Shown: positions 23,964 through 36,298, counted from the stretch's first letter. The stretch: 64,000 nt of DNA from Escherichia coli (GCF_013122565.1 NZ_CP053258.1), one strand, 5' to 3'. Made by a program: numbers and translations. The notes: generated by a model not told the origin, from the letters alone.

Positions 23964-23997
23964 AAAAAAACCGCTCTCATCGAATGGATGAGAGCGG
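23964..23997 (-). terminator. rho-independent terminator downstream of pheP (possibly shared with ybdG)
   Basis: Perfect 11-bp stem ccgctctcatc/gatgagagcgg with 5-nt loop; read on the minus strand it is followed by a 7-T run. Confidence 0.65.
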
Positions 23998-24028
23998 ACA
24001 TCGTTTTGTCGGATGTAGCGTGAATGCC

Positions 24029-25405
24029 TTATTTCCGACGCAGCGTTTTAAATGCCACAAACAGGAATACAATCCACACCGGCAGCAGGATCGCTGACAA
24101 GCGCATATCATCCATCGTGCACATCAGCAGCAAAATCATGCCGAGGAAGGCAATGCAGAGATAGTTTCCGAACGGATAGAGCAGCGCCTTAAACTGTGTT
24201 TCACGCCCCTGACGTCGCATCGCTGCACGAAAACGCAGATGCGCCAGACAGATCATAATCCAGTTCAACAGCAGCGTTGCTACCACCAGCGCCATCAGCA
24301 GACCAAACGCTTTTTGCGGCAGCAGATAGTTGATTAACACCACCAGCGAAGTGATCGCTCCGGAAAGCATCAGCGAGTTAATCGGCACGCCGCGACGGCT
24401 AACACGGGTAAGGAACTTCGGCGCATTACCCTGCACAGAAAGGCCAAACAGCATGCGGCTGTTAGAGTAAACCCCGCTGTTATACACCGACAGCGATGCT
24501 ACCAGAATGACGAAGTTCAGCGCAGAAGCTACCACGTTGCTGTCGAGATTATGGAAAATCATCACAAACGGGCTACTGTTGGATTTCACTTCCACCCACG
24601 GATAGAGCGCCAGTAAAACCACCAGTGAACCGATGTAAAACAGCAGGATGCGATACACCACCTGATTTACCGCTTTTGGAATGCTTTTTTCCGGATCGCG
24701 CGCTTCAGCGGCAGTAATCCCAATCAGCTCCAGACCGCCGAAGGAGAACATAATTACCGCCAGCGACAAAATCAGCCCATTCCAGCCGGTGGCGAAGAAA
24801 CCACCGTAGCGCCAGAGGTTGTCGATACTGGCTTTCTCGCCGCCGTGACCAGAAAACAGCAGCCACAGGCCAAAGCCGATCATACCGATGATCGCCAGCA
24901 CTTTAATCAGCGCAAACCAGAACTCGGTTTCGCCATATAAGCGCACGTTCACCAGGTTAACGGCGTTGATGATAATAAAGAAGGCGGCAGCCCAAATCCA
25001 CGTTGGAACATCCGGGAACCAGTACTGCATATAGATGCCCGCAGCGGTCAGCTCTGCCATTCCCACCAGCACGAACATCACCCAGTAATTCCAGCCAGAG
25101 AGGAAGCCCGCGAACGGTCCCCAGTATTTATAGGCAAAGTGGGCAAATGAACCGGATACCGGCTCCTCAACCACCATTTCGCCAAGCTGGCGCATAATCA
25201 GGAAAGCGATGATCCCGGCGACGCCGTAGCCCAGCAATACAGCCGGACCCGCCATCTGAATCGCCGGGCCAATGCCAAGAAACAGACCAGTACCAATTGC
25301 GCCACCCAGCGCAATCAGTTGAATATGACGGTTATGTAATCCGCGATGAAGCGTCGGCTCTTGATTCGACGCAGTATCTTCCGATACGGTTGACGCGTTT
25401 TTCAC
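24029..25405 (-). CDS. pheP: phenylalanine-specific permease PheP (APC family)
   Basis: ORF track 24029..25441; start placed at the in-frame GTG giving (M)KNASTVSEDTASNQEPTLHRGLHNRHIQLIALGG... (458 aa). Confidence 0.9.
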   Translation of the reverse strand: MKNASTVSEDTASNQEPTLHRGLHNRHIQLIALGGAIGTGLFLGIGPAIQMAGPAVLLGYGVAGIIAFLIMRQLGEMVVEEPVSGSFAHFAYKYWGPFAGFLSGWNYWVMFVLVGMAELTAAGIYMQYWFPDVPTWIWAAAFFIIINAVNLVNVRLYGETEFWFALIKVLAIIGMIGFGLWLLFSGHGGEKASIDNLWRYGGFFATGWNGLILSLAVIMFSFGGLELIGITAAEARDPEKSIPKAVNQVVYRILLFYIGSLVVLLALYPWVEVKSNSSPFVMIFHNLDSNVVASALNFVILVASLSVYNSGVYSNSRMLFGLSVQGNAPKFLTRVSRRGVPINSLMLSGAITSLVVLINYLLPQKAFGLLMALVVATLLLNWIMICLAHLRFRAAMRRQGRETQFKALLYPFGNYLCIAFLGMILLLMCTMDDMRLSAILLPVWIVFLFVAFKTLRRK

Positions 25406-25506
25406 GCCTTTCCCCTGTGTGTCTTTTTTGTTGAGGGGCACCTTTTAACATTTAGTGCCCATCGTCGCAAGACACAATCCACACGGTCAAACGGGGTATC
25501 CTGCTT

Positions 25507-28500
25507 TTATTTCCGTACCCGATGTCGGTGCAGCCACATCAGCTTATACGCCGCCGGGATAATAAACAGCGACAGCAAAGGCGCGGTGATCATGCCGCCA
25601 ATCATCGGCGCGGCAATCCGGCTCATCACCTCTGATCCTGCCCCCGTTCCCCACAGAATCGGCAGCAGACCGGCGATAATCACCGCCACCGTCATCGCTT
25701 TCGGGCGCACGCGCAGGACCGCGCCGTGATATAACGCCTCATCCAGCTTCTGCTCGCTGAATGTTTGTGGATTATTCAACGACGGCTCGGCCTCTATGGC
25801 GTGACGTAAATACATCAGCATCACCACGCCAAATTCGGCGGCGACCCCGGCGAGGGCGATAAAGCCAGTGCCCGTCGCCACGGAAAGATGAAAGCCCATC
25901 CACCAAAGCAACCAGATGCCGCCCACCAGCGCAAACGGTACGCTGCTGATAATCAGCAACGCTTCGCCCACCCGACGGAATGCCAGATACAACAGCACGA
26001 AGATGATCATCAGTGTCATCGGCACCATGAGTTTCAGCTTATGGTTGGCGCGCTCCAGTAGCTCGAACTGCCCGGAGAATGCCACGCTGGTGCCCGGTTT
26101 TAACTGCACTTTTTCAGCTATCGCTTTTTGCAAATCGTGAACCACCGACACCATGTCACGATCGCGGGCATCGATATAAATCCAGCTCGTCGGGCGCGCA
26201 TTCTCGGTTTTCAGCATTGACGGTCCGGTAGAGACTTTAACGTCGGCCACGTCTGCCAGGGTGATTTGCTGCTTCATCGGCGTCAGGATCGGCAGCTGGC
26301 GCAGTGCCTGCGGACTATCGCGCCAGCTTTGCGGATAACGCAGATTAATTGGATAACGGGCAATTCCTTCCACCGTTTCGCCAACCATCGCCCCGCCCAC
26401 CGCAGAAGTCACAAACAACTGCACATCCGCCACCGTCATACCGTAACGTGCGGCTTTTTCACGGTTAATCTCAACGTTGATATAGCGCCCACCTTCCAGA
26501 CGCTCGGCAAGCGCAGAAGCTACGCCTGGCACCGTTCGCGCCACTTCTTCAATTTGCTCCGCCATCGCGTCGATATCCGCCAGCACAGTGCCGGAAACTT
26601 TAATGCCGATGGGGCTTTTAATGCCGGTCGAGAGCATATCGATACGGTTACGAATTGGCGGCACCCACAGATTCGCCAGCCCCGGCAGACGCACGGTGTT
26701 ATCCAGTTCCTCAATGATTTTGTCCATCGTCATGCCTGGCCGCCACTGATCCTGTGGCTTAAGCTGGATGGTCGTTTCCACCATCTCCAGCGGAGCAGAG
26801 TCGGTGGCGGTTTCCGCTTTTCCGGTTTTGCCAAATACCCGCGCCACTTCAGGTACGCTCATAATCAGCTTGTCGGTTTTTTGCAGCATACTCGCCGCCT
26901 CTGCTGCGGAAATCCCCGGCAGCGTCGATGGCATATACAACAAGTCGCCTTCATTGATCTGCGGTAAAAATTCCCCGCCAACTTTATTGAGCGGCCAGAG
27001 AACCGTCAGCACCGAAAGCGCTGCCACCAACAGCGTGGTTTTCGGCCAGTGCAGTACTTTCAGCAATAGCGGATGATAAACACGAATCAAAAAGCGATTG
27101 AGCGGGTTACTGCTTTCCGGCGGAATTTTGCCACGGATCCAGTAACCCATCAGGATAGGGATCACCACGATCGCCAGCAGCGCCGCGCCCGCCATCGCAT
27201 ACGTTTTGGTGAACGCCAGCGGGCCAAACAGACGCCCTTCCTGCCCTTCCAGGGTGAAGATCGGGATAAACGACAGTGTGATAATCAGCAGACTGATAAA
27301 CAGCGCCGGTCCCACTTCAACAGACGCATCGGTAATCACCTGCCAGCGCGTTTTATTATCCAGCGTGGCGTCAGGATGCTGGTGCTGCCACTCTTCCAGC
27401 CGTTTATGCGCATTCTCGATCATGACGATAGCGGCATCGACCATCGCCCCGACGGCAATCGCAATACCGCCCAGCGACATAATATTGGCATTCAGCCCCT
27501 GGAAGTGCATGACAATAAAAGCAATACACAACCCCAGCGGCAACGAAATAATCGCCACCAGCGCCGAGCGCACATGCCAGAGAAACAGCGCACAGACTAC
27601 CGCCACCACAATAAACTCTTCCAGCAACTTGCCGCTGAGGTTGTCGATGGCCCGGTCAATGAGCTGGCTGCGATCGTATGTTGTAACTATCTCCACGCCT
27701 TCCGGCAGACTACTTTTCAGCGTTTCCAGTTTGTCCTTCACGGCGGCGATCACTTCTCGGGCGTTTTTGCCGGAGCGCAGGATCACCACCCCGCCCGCAA
27801 CTTCGCCTTCGCCGTTCAGTTCGGCAATGCCCCGGCGCATCTCCGGGCCAACCTGGACCTTCGCAACATCACGCAGATAAACAGGCACGCCATTTTCACT
27901 GGCTTTTAAAACGATGTGATTAAAGTCGTCGAGCGTTTGCAGATAGCCGCTGGCGCGCACCATATATTCCGCTTCCGCCAGTTCGATCGACGAACCGCCC
28001 GCTTCCTGGTTTGAAGCATCTAGCGCGCTTTTTACTTCGGCGAGACTGATACCATATTGCGCCAGGCGCTGGGGATCGATAACCACCTGATACTCTTTCA
28101 CCACGCCGCCCACCGACGCCACTTCCGCAACGTCAGGGATGGTTTTTAGCTCATATTTGAGAAACCAGTCCTGCAATGAGCGTAAATCGGCCAGATCGTG
28201 CTTACCGCTGCGATCCACCAGTGCATATTCATAGATCCAGCCAACACCCGTGGCATCTGGCCCCAGCTCGGCGCTGACTCCCGCAGGCAGCTTACCCTGT
28301 ACCTGGTTGAGGTACTCCAGCACCCGCGTGCGCGCCCAGTACGGATCGGTGCCATCTTCGAAAATGACATACACATAAGAGTCGCCAAACTGCGAGAAAC
28401 CGCGCACAGTCTTCGCGCCAGGTACCGACAACATGGTGGTAGTTAGCGGATAAGTCACCTGATTTTCAACGATTTGCGGTGCCTGCCCGGGATAGCTGGT

Positions 28501-28650
28501 TTTAATAATCACCTGCACATCGGAGAGATCCGGCAGCGCATCCACTGGCGTGTTAATGATGGTCCAGGTACCCCAGATGCTCAGAAACAACGCACCCATC
28601 AGTACCAGAAAACGGTTCGCCACCGAGCGACGAATAATCCATTCAATCAT
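25507..28650 (-). CDS. cusA: RND copper/silver efflux pump CusA
   Basis: 1047-aa [29 protein letters not shown]...; 12-TM RND architecture. Confidence 0.95.
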   Translation of the reverse strand: MIEWIIRRSVANRFLVLMGALFLSIWGTWTIINTPVDALPDLSDVQVIIKTSYPGQAPQIVENQVTYPLTTTMLSVPGAKTVRGFSQFGDSYVYVIFEDGTDPYWARTRVLEYLNQVQGKLPAGVSAELGPDATGVGWIYEYALVDRSGKHDLADLRSLQDWFLKYELKTIPDVAEVASVGGVVKEYQVVIDPQRLAQYGISLAEVKSALDASNQEAGGSSIELAEAEYMVRASGYLQTLDDFNHIVLKASENGVPVYLRDVAKVQVGPEMRRGIAELNGEGEVAGGVVILRSGKNAREVIAAVKDKLETLKSSLPEGVEIVTTYDRSQLIDRAIDNLSGKLLEEFIVVAVVCALFLWHVRSALVAIISLPLGLCIAFIVMHFQGLNANIMSLGGIAIAVGAMVDAAIVMIENAHKRLEEWQHQHPDATLDNKTRWQVITDASVEVGPALFISLLIITLSFIPIFTLEGQEGRLFGPLAFTKTYAMAGAALLAIVVIPILMGYWIRGKIPPESSNPLNRFLIRVYHPLLLKVLHWPKTTLLVAALSVLTVLWPLNKVGGEFLPQINEGDLLYMPSTLPGISAAEAASMLQKTDKLIMSVPEVARVFGKTGKAETATDSAPLEMVETTIQLKPQDQWRPGMTMDKIIEELDNTVRLPGLANLWVPPIRNRIDMLSTGIKSPIGIKVSGTVLADIDAMAEQIEEVARTVPGVASALAERLEGGRYINVEINREKAARYGMTVADVQLFVTSAVGGAMVGETVEGIARYPINLRYPQSWRDSPQALRQLPILTPMKQQITLADVADVKVSTGPSMLKTENARPTSWIYIDARDRDMVSVVHDLQKAIAEKVQLKPGTSVAFSGQFELLERANHKLKLMVPMTLMIIFVLLYLAFRRVGEALLIISSVPFALVGGIWLLWWMGFHLSVATGTGFIALAGVAAEFGVVMLMYLRHAIEAEPSLNNPQTFSEQKLDEALYHGAVLRVRPKAMTVAVIIAGLLPILWGTGAGSEVMSRIAAPMIGGMITAPLLSLFIIPAAYKLMWLHRHRVRK

Positions 28651-28661
28651 TGGTTATTCCC

Positions 28662-29885
28662 TCAATGCGCATGGGTAGCAGTTTCAGAGCGCATCCGCTC
28701 CAGTGCGCCAGAAATATTGGCTTCGGAATCAATCAGGAACAGGCCGCTGGAAACCACCTTTTCACCTTCCGCCAGACCAGAGCGTAACGCGGTGACACCT
28801 TGCGATGCCTGGAAAACGGCAACGCGTTTCGGTACAAAGCGCCCGTCGGCATCAACGGTAATCACCCGCTGTTCGTTGCCGGTATCAATCAGCGCTTGTG
28901 ACGGAATGAGCAGCATCGGTTCGCTGGCGGTATTGAGTTGCAACCAGGCGTTCATTCCCGGTTTTAGCGCCTCGTCGGCGTTGTCGACTTCCAGACGCAG
29001 CTGCAGCGTGCGGGTCGCGGCATCCACGCCAGGTAGTAGCGTCCATTTGCGGATGGTGAGTGTTTTATCAGGTCGCGCCGGAACGGTGAGCGTAAACTGC
29101 GAGGCATCTTTCACCAGCCAGGCGATGGACTCCGGGATCGCAGCAGTGACCCACACCGGGTCCATACCCTGAATTTTCGCTACCACGTTATCTTTGGCGA
29201 TATTCATTCCCGCGCGCAGATCAAACGCGGTGATCACGCCATCAATGGGTGCTTTGAGCGTAAAGCGAGTCTGGATTTTTTGCGTGGCGATCAGGCGGCG
29301 AATATCCGCCTCCGGCATTCCCGCCAGTCGCAGCCGCTCAAGAATGCCTTCAGTCTGGGTCGCCGTACCGCCGGTTTCGCGCAGCAGTAAATACTCACTC
29401 TGCGCTTCCACCCAGTCGGGAATGGTCAGGTCGAGAAGCGGTGTGCCCTTTTGCACTTTATCGCCCACGGTAAGCGGATACACCTTGTCGATAAACCCGG
29501 CGGCGCGAGCCTGCACAATGGCATACTGATACTCGTTGTAACTGACATTCGCCGGGAAACTCTGGGCAAAAGTCAGCGGCCCGCGCGTGACGGTAGCCGT
29601 TTTCACCCCCAGATTCTGCGTCTGAGTCGGGTCAATGCGCACACCAGACGCAGAACTCTCTTCATCGGCATATTTCGGCACCAGATCCATATCCATAAAC
29701 GGCGATTTACCTGGTTTATCGAACCGCGTATTGGGATACATCGGGTCGTACCAGAATAAGATTTTACGTTCTGCGGTCGACGTTTTTTCTGCGGGTGGTT
29801 CAGCCTTTGCAAACCAGGTAAAACCTGCCGCAGAAATAATACCGCCCGCGATCATGCTGCCGATAATAAGCGCGATTTTTTTCAT
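28662..29885 (-). CDS. cusB: periplasmic adaptor (membrane fusion protein) CusB
   Basis: 407-aa ORF MKKIALIIGSMIAGGIISAAGFTWFAK... Confidence 0.93.
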   Translation of the reverse strand: MKKIALIIGSMIAGGIISAAGFTWFAKAEPPAEKTSTAERKILFWYDPMYPNTRFDKPGKSPFMDMDLVPKYADEESSASGVRIDPTQTQNLGVKTATVTRGPLTFAQSFPANVSYNEYQYAIVQARAAGFIDKVYPLTVGDKVQKGTPLLDLTIPDWVEAQSEYLLLRETGGTATQTEGILERLRLAGMPEADIRRLIATQKIQTRFTLKAPIDGVITAFDLRAGMNIAKDNVVAKIQGMDPVWVTAAIPESIAWLVKDASQFTLTVPARPDKTLTIRKWTLLPGVDAATRTLQLRLEVDNADEALKPGMNAWLQLNTASEPMLLIPSQALIDTGNEQRVITVDADGRFVPKRVAVFQASQGVTALRSGLAEGEKVVSSGLFLIDSEANISGALERMRSETATHAH

Positions 29886-29900
29886 CTCATTAAACCTGGG

Positions 29901-30233
29901 TTACTGGCTGACTTTAATATCCTGTAATAAAGAAAGGTTGCCCTGCTGGACAAAATTAAACGCCACTTTGTCGCCAGTTTTAATTTCACTCATTTTCGTC
30001 TGCGGAGTGATGGTAAAGCGCATGGTCATCTCCGGCCAGTTCACGGCAGCAATCGGATCGTGATGGATGGTGATTTTTTTGCTTTCCAGATCAACACCTT
30101 TTACCACGCCGGTAGCACTAATGACCTGTGGTTGTGCTTCGCTCATGGTTTCATGATGATGTTCGTTAGCCTGGGCATTAAAGCCAATAACGGTAAACAG
30201 ACTGAACATTGCGACTTGCAGTGCTTTTTTCAT
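29901..30233 (-). CDS. cusF: periplasmic copper chaperone CusF
   Basis: 110-aa ORF with signal peptide and His/Met-rich region ANEHHHETMSEAQ. Confidence 0.93.
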   Translation of the reverse strand: MKKALQVAMFSLFTVIGFNAQANEHHHETMSEAQPQVISATGVVKGVDLESKKITIHHDPIAAVNWPEMTMRFTITPQTKMSEIKTGDKVAFNFVQQGNLSLLQDIKVSQ

Positions 30234-30256
30234 TTATTCTCTCCTGGAGTTAAAAA

Positions 30257-31639
30257 TTATTGCTGCCAACCGCCACCAAGTGCGGTATATAAAGAAATTT
30301 CGTTGACCTGACGGGCATAATTCAGGTCAAGTAAGGTTTGTCGGGTTGCAAATAAAGAACGCTCGGCATCCAGCACTTCCAGATAACTTACCGCGCCGTG
30401 CTGATATAATGCCCGCGCCCGTTGCAAAGTAATTTGCAGCGACGCCAGATAACGCTGCTGGGCGCTAATTTGATCGTTCAGGCTTTGACGTAATGCCAGC
30501 GCATCTGCCACTTCTTTAAAGGCGTTCTGGATTTTCTGTTCATAATTCACCACCGACTGCTGCTGGCGAATTTCGGCGATATCCAGATTGGCCTGGTTGC
30601 GTCCGGCATTAAAAATGGGGATCTCAATTTTAGGAATAAAATTCCACATCCCGCTGCTGGCGTTAAATAATGACGACAGATCGCTGCTGGCGGTTGATAT
30701 TCCGCTGGTCAGGCTGATAGACGGGAAAAATGCTGCACGTGCAGCACCAATATTGGCATTAGCCGCCATTAACGCGTGTTCAGCTTCCATAATATCCGGG
30801 CGCTGCAATAAGATTTGCGACGACAAGCCCGCCGGTAATTTAACGCTTTGCAGGCTGTCGCTGTTTACTGTCTGCGCTTGCGGCAGTTTACCGTAGCTTC
30901 CCAGCAACAGTTGCAATGCATTATTCGCCTGCGCCAGTTCCCCCTGACGTTTAGCGATGTCGCTGCGGGTACTTTCAATAACCCCGCGAGCCTGTTCCAG
31001 CGCCAGAACATTGCTGCTACCTGTCAACAGTTGTTTTTCGACAAACGCATATGACTGCTGATAATTACGCAGCGTTTCTTCGGCTATTTGCAATTGCGCA
31101 TACGCCAGCTGCTGATTGAAATAGCTTTGCGCGACATTAGAAACCAGCAGAATATGCACCGCGCGCTGAGCTTCCTCAGTGGCTAAATAATTTTGTCGCT
31201 CGGCTTCGCTCATGTTCTTTAAGCGCCCGAAAAAATCGAGGTCAAAGCTGGCGTTAAGGCCAGTAGAAAACTCCCGCGTCGTGGCTGAATCGCCTTTAAG
31301 ATTGCCGCTCCAGCTGCCGCTGCCCTCACCATTGAGCTGTGGGTAGCGGTCGGCATCAGTCAGACGATATTGCGCCCGTGCCTCCTGCACTTTCAGCGTC
31401 GCCATGCGCAAATCCCGGTTATTCACCAGCGCCTCGCTAATCAGCGTCTTCACCTGATTATCAACAAAAAAGGTGCGCCAGCCCGCGTTCTGATAGTTAT
31501 CTGCTGCGTTAACCAGGCCGTTCTGGCTGAGTGAGAACTGCTGAGGAACGGGCATTGCCGGACGCTGATAATCCGGTGCCAGTGAACAACCGGTTAGCGC
31601 AAGGGCCACACAAAATGGCAGAAGTTTACAAGGAGACAT
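30257..31639 (-). CDS. cusC: outer-membrane efflux channel CusC (lipoprotein)
   Basis: 460-aa ORF MSPCKLLPFCVALALTGCSLAPDYQRP... with lipobox LTGC. Confidence 0.9.
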   Translation of the reverse strand: MSPCKLLPFCVALALTGCSLAPDYQRPAMPVPQQFSLSQNGLVNAADNYQNAGWRTFFVDNQVKTLISEALVNNRDLRMATLKVQEARAQYRLTDADRYPQLNGEGSGSWSGNLKGDSATTREFSTGLNASFDLDFFGRLKNMSEAERQNYLATEEAQRAVHILLVSNVAQSYFNQQLAYAQLQIAEETLRNYQQSYAFVEKQLLTGSSNVLALEQARGVIESTRSDIAKRQGELAQANNALQLLLGSYGKLPQAQTVNSDSLQSVKLPAGLSSQILLQRPDIMEAEHALMAANANIGAARAAFFPSISLTSGISTASSDLSSLFNASSGMWNFIPKIEIPIFNAGRNQANLDIAEIRQQQSVVNYEQKIQNAFKEVADALALRQSLNDQISAQQRYLASLQITLQRARALYQHGAVSYLEVLDAERSLFATRQTLLDLNYARQVNEISLYTALGGGWQQ

Positions 31640-31708
31640 AGGCTCATAATTTCTGGTGATTTTATACCGCCAACTTTACTCGCCAGGCTCTGATTTTCCG
31701 GTGACAGG

Positions 31709-31730
31709 AAAATGACAAAATTGTCATTTT
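31709..31730. promoter_or_regulatory. CusR box, perfect palindrome in the cusC/cusR divergent promoter
   Basis: aaaatgacaaaattgtcatttt: 10-bp inverted repeat around a 2-bp centre, matching the known CusR site AAAATGACAANNTTGTCATTTT. Confidence 0.7.
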
Positions 31731-31795
31731 GCCAATAAGCGATTGCCATCTGATCCCGCTACTCTAGAATTGCCCGGGCAACATGCGGAGGAAAT

Positions 31796-32479
31796 ATGAA
31801 ACTGTTGATTGTCGAAGATGAAAAGAAAACCGGAGAATACTTGACCAAAGGGTTAACCGAAGCCGGTTTTGTGGTCGATTTGGCCGACAACGGGCTGAAT
31901 GGCTACCATCTGGCGATGACCGGTGATTATGATCTGATAATCCTCGATATTATGCTGCCGGACGTGAACGGCTGGGATATCGTGCGCATGTTGCGCTCCG
32001 CCAATAAAGGGATGCCGATTCTGTTGCTTACCGCGCTTGGCACCATTGAACATCGCGTCAAGGGGCTGGAGTTGGGGGCAGATGACTACCTGGTGAAACC
32101 ATTCGCTTTTGCTGAACTACTGGCGCGGGTGCGCACTCTCCTGCGGCGCGGGGCGGCGGTGATTATCGAAAGTCAGTTTCAGGTTGCCGATCTGATGGTC
32201 GATCTCGTCAGCCGCAAAGTCACCCGCAGCGGCACGCGCATCACTTTGACCAGTAAAGAGTTTACTCTGCTGGAGTTTTTTCTCCGCCATCAGGGCGAAG
32301 TGCTGCCCCGCTCGCTTATCGCCTCGCAGGTATGGGACATGAATTTTGACAGCGACACTAACGCCATTGATGTGGCGGTGAAGCGGCTGCGCGGCAAAAT
32401 CGACAACGACTTTGAGCCGAAGCTGATTCAGACCGTGCGCGGCGTGGGCTATATGCTTGAGGTACCTGATGGTCAATAA
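31796..32479 (+). CDS. cusR: response regulator CusR (OmpR family)
   Basis: 227-aa [23 protein letters not shown]...; receiver Asp region [10 protein letters not shown] and winged-helix C-terminus. Confidence 0.93.
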
Positions 32480-33911
32480 GCCATTTCAGCGCCCGTTTTC
32501 GCTGGCAACCCGCCTGACCTTTTTTATCAGCCTGGCCACCATCGCGGCGTTTTTCGCCTTTGCATGGATCATGATCCACTCAGTAAAAGTGCATTTTGCC
32601 GAGCAGGATATTAATGATTTAAAAGAGATTAGCGCCACCCTTGAACGGGTACTAAATCACCCTGACGAAACGCAAGCCCGACGCTTAATGACGCTGGAAG
32701 ATATCGTCAGTGGTTATTCCAATGTGTTGATTTCCCTGGCAGATAGCCAGGGTAAAACGGTGTATCACTCCCCCGGTGCGCCGGATATCCGCGAGTTTAC
32801 GCGTGACGCCATACCCGATAAAGACGCTCAGGGCGGCGAGGTATATCTCCTTTCCGGCCCGACGATGATGATGCCAGGCCACGGTCACGGGCATATGGAA
32901 CACAGCAACTGGCGGATGATCAGTTTGCCAGTTGGCCCACTGGTTGACGGCAAACCGATTTATACGCTCTACATCGCGCTTTCGATCGATTTTCATCTTC
33001 ATTACATAAATGATTTGATGAATAAACTTATTATGACCGCATCGGTCATCAGCATCCTGATCGTCTTTATCGTGCTGTTGGCGGTACATAAAGGTCACGC
33101 GCCGATCCGCAGCGTCAGCCGTCAAATCCAGAATATCACCTCGAAAGATCTCGACGTCCGCCTTGACCCGCAGACCGTGCCCATTGAGCTGGAACAGCTG
33201 GTACTGTCGTTCAACCATATGATCGAGCGTATTGAGGATGTCTTTACCCGCCAGTCCAATTTCTCAGCGGATATCGCTCACGAAATTCGCACGCCAATTA
33301 CGAATCTCATAACGCAAACCGAAATCGCCCTCAGCCAGTCGCGCAGCCAGAAGGAGCTGGAAGATGTGCTCTACTCTAATCTCGAAGAGCTGACGCGAAT
33401 GGCGAAAATGGTCAGCGATATGCTGTTTCTCGCCCAGGCCGATAACAACCAGTTAATCCCCGAAAAGAAAATGCTCAACCTGGCGGATGAAATCGGCAAA
33501 GTGTTCGATTTTTTCGAGGCTTTAGCGGAAGATCGCGGCGTGGAGCTGCGATTTGTTGGCGACGAATGTCAGGTTGCGGGCGATCCGCTAATGCTGCGTC
33601 GGGCGTTAAGCAACCTGCTTTCTAATGCCCTGCGTTATACGCCACCCGGAGAGGCAATTGTAGTGCGCTGCCAGACGGTCGATCACCAGGTGCAAGTTAC
33701 CGTCGAAAACCCCGGTACGCCCATTGCGCCCGAACACTTACCGCGATTGTTTGACCGTTTCTACCGCGTTGACCCCTCCCGCCAGCGAAAAGGCGAAGGT
33801 AGCGGCATTGGGCTGGCGATAGTGAAATCAATTGTTGTCGCACATAAAGGCACGGTTGCAGTAACGTCAGATGCGCGGGGGACAAGGTTTGTTATCACAT
33901 TACCCGCTTAA
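32469..33911 (+). CDS. cusS: copper/silver sensor histidine kinase CusS
   Basis: ORF track 32457..33911; start placed at [16 protein letters not shown] (480 aa); H-box [11 protein letters not shown]; periplasmic Met/His-rich stretch [13 protein letters not shown]; overlaps cusR 3' end. Confidence 0.9.
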
Positions 33912-34060
33912 TTATTCAGCAAACGGCAACTTTTATAACCAGTGTAAAAATAACGTGCCGCAATAGTCATACCTATTAATGGTAAAAAGCTGTCACAATT
34001 CATAAAAAACCTTAATATACGCCACCCTAAACATAACCAGCGTTAATGTAAGGTTTTTGT

Positions 34061-36298
34061 GTGGACTGGCTTCTTGATGTTTTTGCTACCTGGCTCTACG
34101 GCTTAAAAGTAATCGCGATAACGTTAGCGGTCATCATGTTCATCAGCGGGCTGGACGATTTTTTTATTGATGTCGTCTACTGGGTACGCCGCATTAAACG
34201 CAAGTTGAGTGTTTATCGCCGCTACCCGCGAATGAGTTACCGCGAACTGTATAAACCAGATGAAAAACCGTTAGCGATTATGGTTCCGGCGTGGAATGAA
34301 ACGGGCGTCATCGGCAATATGGCCGAGCTGGCGGCGACCACGCTCGACTACGAAAACTATCATATCTTTGTTGGCACCTACCCCAACGACCCCGATACTC
34401 AGCGTGATGTTGACGAAGTGTGCGCTCGCTTTCCGAACGTGCATAAGGTAGTCTGCGCGCGTCCTGGTCCCACCAGCAAAGCCGACTGTCTGAACAACGT
34501 GCTGGACGCCATCACCCAATTTGAGCGTAGCGCCAATTTCGCATTTGCTGGTTTTATTCTGCATGACGCCGAAGATGTGATTTCACCGATGGAATTGCGT
34601 CTGTTCAACTATCTGGTCGAGCGTAAAGATCTGATTCAGATCCCGGTGTATCCGTTTGAACGCGAATGGACGCACTTCACCAGCATGACTTACATTGATG
34701 AGTTTTCAGAACTGCATGGCAAAGATGTTCCGGTGCGTGAAGCCCTCGCCGGACAAGTGCCCAGCGCAGGCGTCGGCACCTGTTTCAGCCGCCGCGCCGT
34801 GACCGCACTGTTAGCTGACGGTGACGGTATTGCTTTCGACGTGCAGAGTCTTACTGAAGATTACGACATTGGCTTCCGCCTGAAAGAAAAAGGTATGACG
34901 GAAATTTTTGTCCGTTTTCCGGTGGTGGACGAAGCCAAAGAACGCGAGCAGCGTAAATTTTTACAGCACGCACGGACATCAAACATGATCTGCGTGCGCG
35001 AATATTTCCCCGATACCTTTTCGACTGCGGTTCGACAAAAATCCCGCTGGATCATCGGCATTGTTTTCCAGGGCTTTAAAACCCATAAATGGACCTCCAG
35101 CCTGACGCTGAACTACTTTCTCTGGCGCGACCGCAAAGGGGCAATCAGTAACTTTGTCAGCTTCCTCGCGATGCTGGTGATGATCCAGCTTTTGCTGTTG
35201 CTGGCGTATGAAAGTTTGTGGCCCGATGCCTGGCATTTCCTTTCTATTTTCAGCGGCAGCGCATGGTTAATGACCCTGCTGTGGCTAAACTTTGGTTTGA
35301 TGGTTAACCGCATCGTGCAGCGGGTGATTTTCGTTACTGGCTACTACGGCCTGACGCAGGGGCTGCTTTCCGTCCTGCGTCTTTTCTGGGGCAACCTGAT
35401 TAACTTCATGGCCAACTGGCGCGCGCTAAAACAGGTACTCCAACACGGCGATCCACGTCGCGTCGCGTGGGATAAAACAACGCATGACTTCCCCAGCGTG
35501 ACTGGCGATACCCGCTCGTTGCGCCCGTTAGGCCAAATTCTGCTGGAAAATCAGGTCATCACTGAAGAACAACTCGATACAGCATTGCGTAATCGCGTCG
35601 AAGGTCTACGCCTGGGCGGTTCAATGCTGATGCAGGGGCTGATTAGCGCCGAGCAACTGGCACAGGCGCTGGCAGAGCAAAACGGCGTGGCGTGGGAGTC
35701 GATCGATGCCTGGCAGATCCCTGCCTCGCTGATTGCCGAAATGCCAGCCTCCGTAGCGCTGCATTATGCAGTACTGCCGCTGCGTCTGGAAAATGATGAG
35801 TTAATTGTCGGCAGTGAAGATGGTATTGACCCGGTTTCGCTGGCGGCCCTGACGCGTAAAGTCGGACGCAAAGTGCGTTACGTCATTGTTCTGCGGGGAC
35901 AAATTGTCACGGGGTTACGTCACTGGTATGCACGCCGACGCGGTCACGATCCGCAGGCAATGTTGTACAATGCGGTTCAGCATCAGTGGCTCACGGAACA
36001 GCAGGCCGGTGAAATCTGGCGGCAATATGTGCCGCATCAGTTCCTGTTCGCCGAAATACTGACCACGCTCGGTCATATTAATCGTTCAGCAATTAACGTG
36101 TTGTTATTGCGCCATGAACGCAGTTCTCTGCCGCTCGGCAAGTTTTTGGTCACCGAAGGCGTTATCAGCCAGGAAACGTTGGATCGCGTCCTGACAATTC
36201 AACGCGAATTACAAGTTTCGATGCAATCACTATTACTCAAAGCAGGTTTAAACACAGAACAGGTTGCGCAACTGGAGTCCGAAAATGAAGGAGAATAA
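34061..36298 (+). CDS. nfrB: NfrB, inner-membrane GT2 glycosyltransferase with C-terminal MshEN-type c-di-GMP-binding region (phage N4 adsorption protein B)
   Basis: 745-aa ORF, GTG start, MDWLLDVFATWLYGLKVIAITLAV...; MshEN-like motif RLGGSMLMQGLISAEQLAQALAEQ near the C-terminus. Confidence 0.9.
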   Translation: MDWLLDVFATWLYGLKVIAITLAVIMFISGLDDFFIDVVYWVRRIKRKLSVYRRYPRMSYRELYKPDEKPLAIMVPAWNETGVIGNMAELAATTLDYENYHIFVGTYPNDPDTQRDVDEVCARFPNVHKVVCARPGPTSKADCLNNVLDAITQFERSANFAFAGFILHDAEDVISPMELRLFNYLVERKDLIQIPVYPFEREWTHFTSMTYIDEFSELHGKDVPVREALAGQVPSAGVGTCFSRRAVTALLADGDGIAFDVQSLTEDYDIGFRLKEKGMTEIFVRFPVVDEAKEREQRKFLQHARTSNMICVREYFPDTFSTAVRQKSRWIIGIVFQGFKTHKWTSSLTLNYFLWRDRKGAISNFVSFLAMLVMIQLLLLLAYESLWPDAWHFLSIFSGSAWLMTLLWLNFGLMVNRIVQRVIFVTGYYGLTQGLLSVLRLFWGNLINFMANWRALKQVLQHGDPRRVAWDKTTHDFPSVTGDTRSLRPLGQILLENQVITEEQLDTALRNRVEGLRLGGSMLMQGLISAEQLAQALAEQNGVAWESIDAWQIPASLIAEMPASVALHYAVLPLRLENDELIVGSEDGIDPVSLAALTRKVGRKVRYVIVLRGQIVTGLRHWYARRRGHDPQAMLYNAVQHQWLTEQQAGEIWRQYVPHQFLFAEILTTLGHINRSAINVLLLRHERSSLPLGKFLVTEGVISQETLDRVLTIQRELQVSMQSLLLKAGLNTEQVAQLESENEGE

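Noticed and set aside
24008-24040. Degenerate REP-like sequence near the pheP 3' end
   Set aside because: Match to the REP consensus is weak and it overlaps the last codons of pheP; not called.
26266-27909. Plus-strand ORFs of 233, 278 and 224 aa inside cusA
   Set aside because: Antisense to cusA; translations are low-complexity (R/H/Q/S-rich) and mutually overlapping; no independent support.
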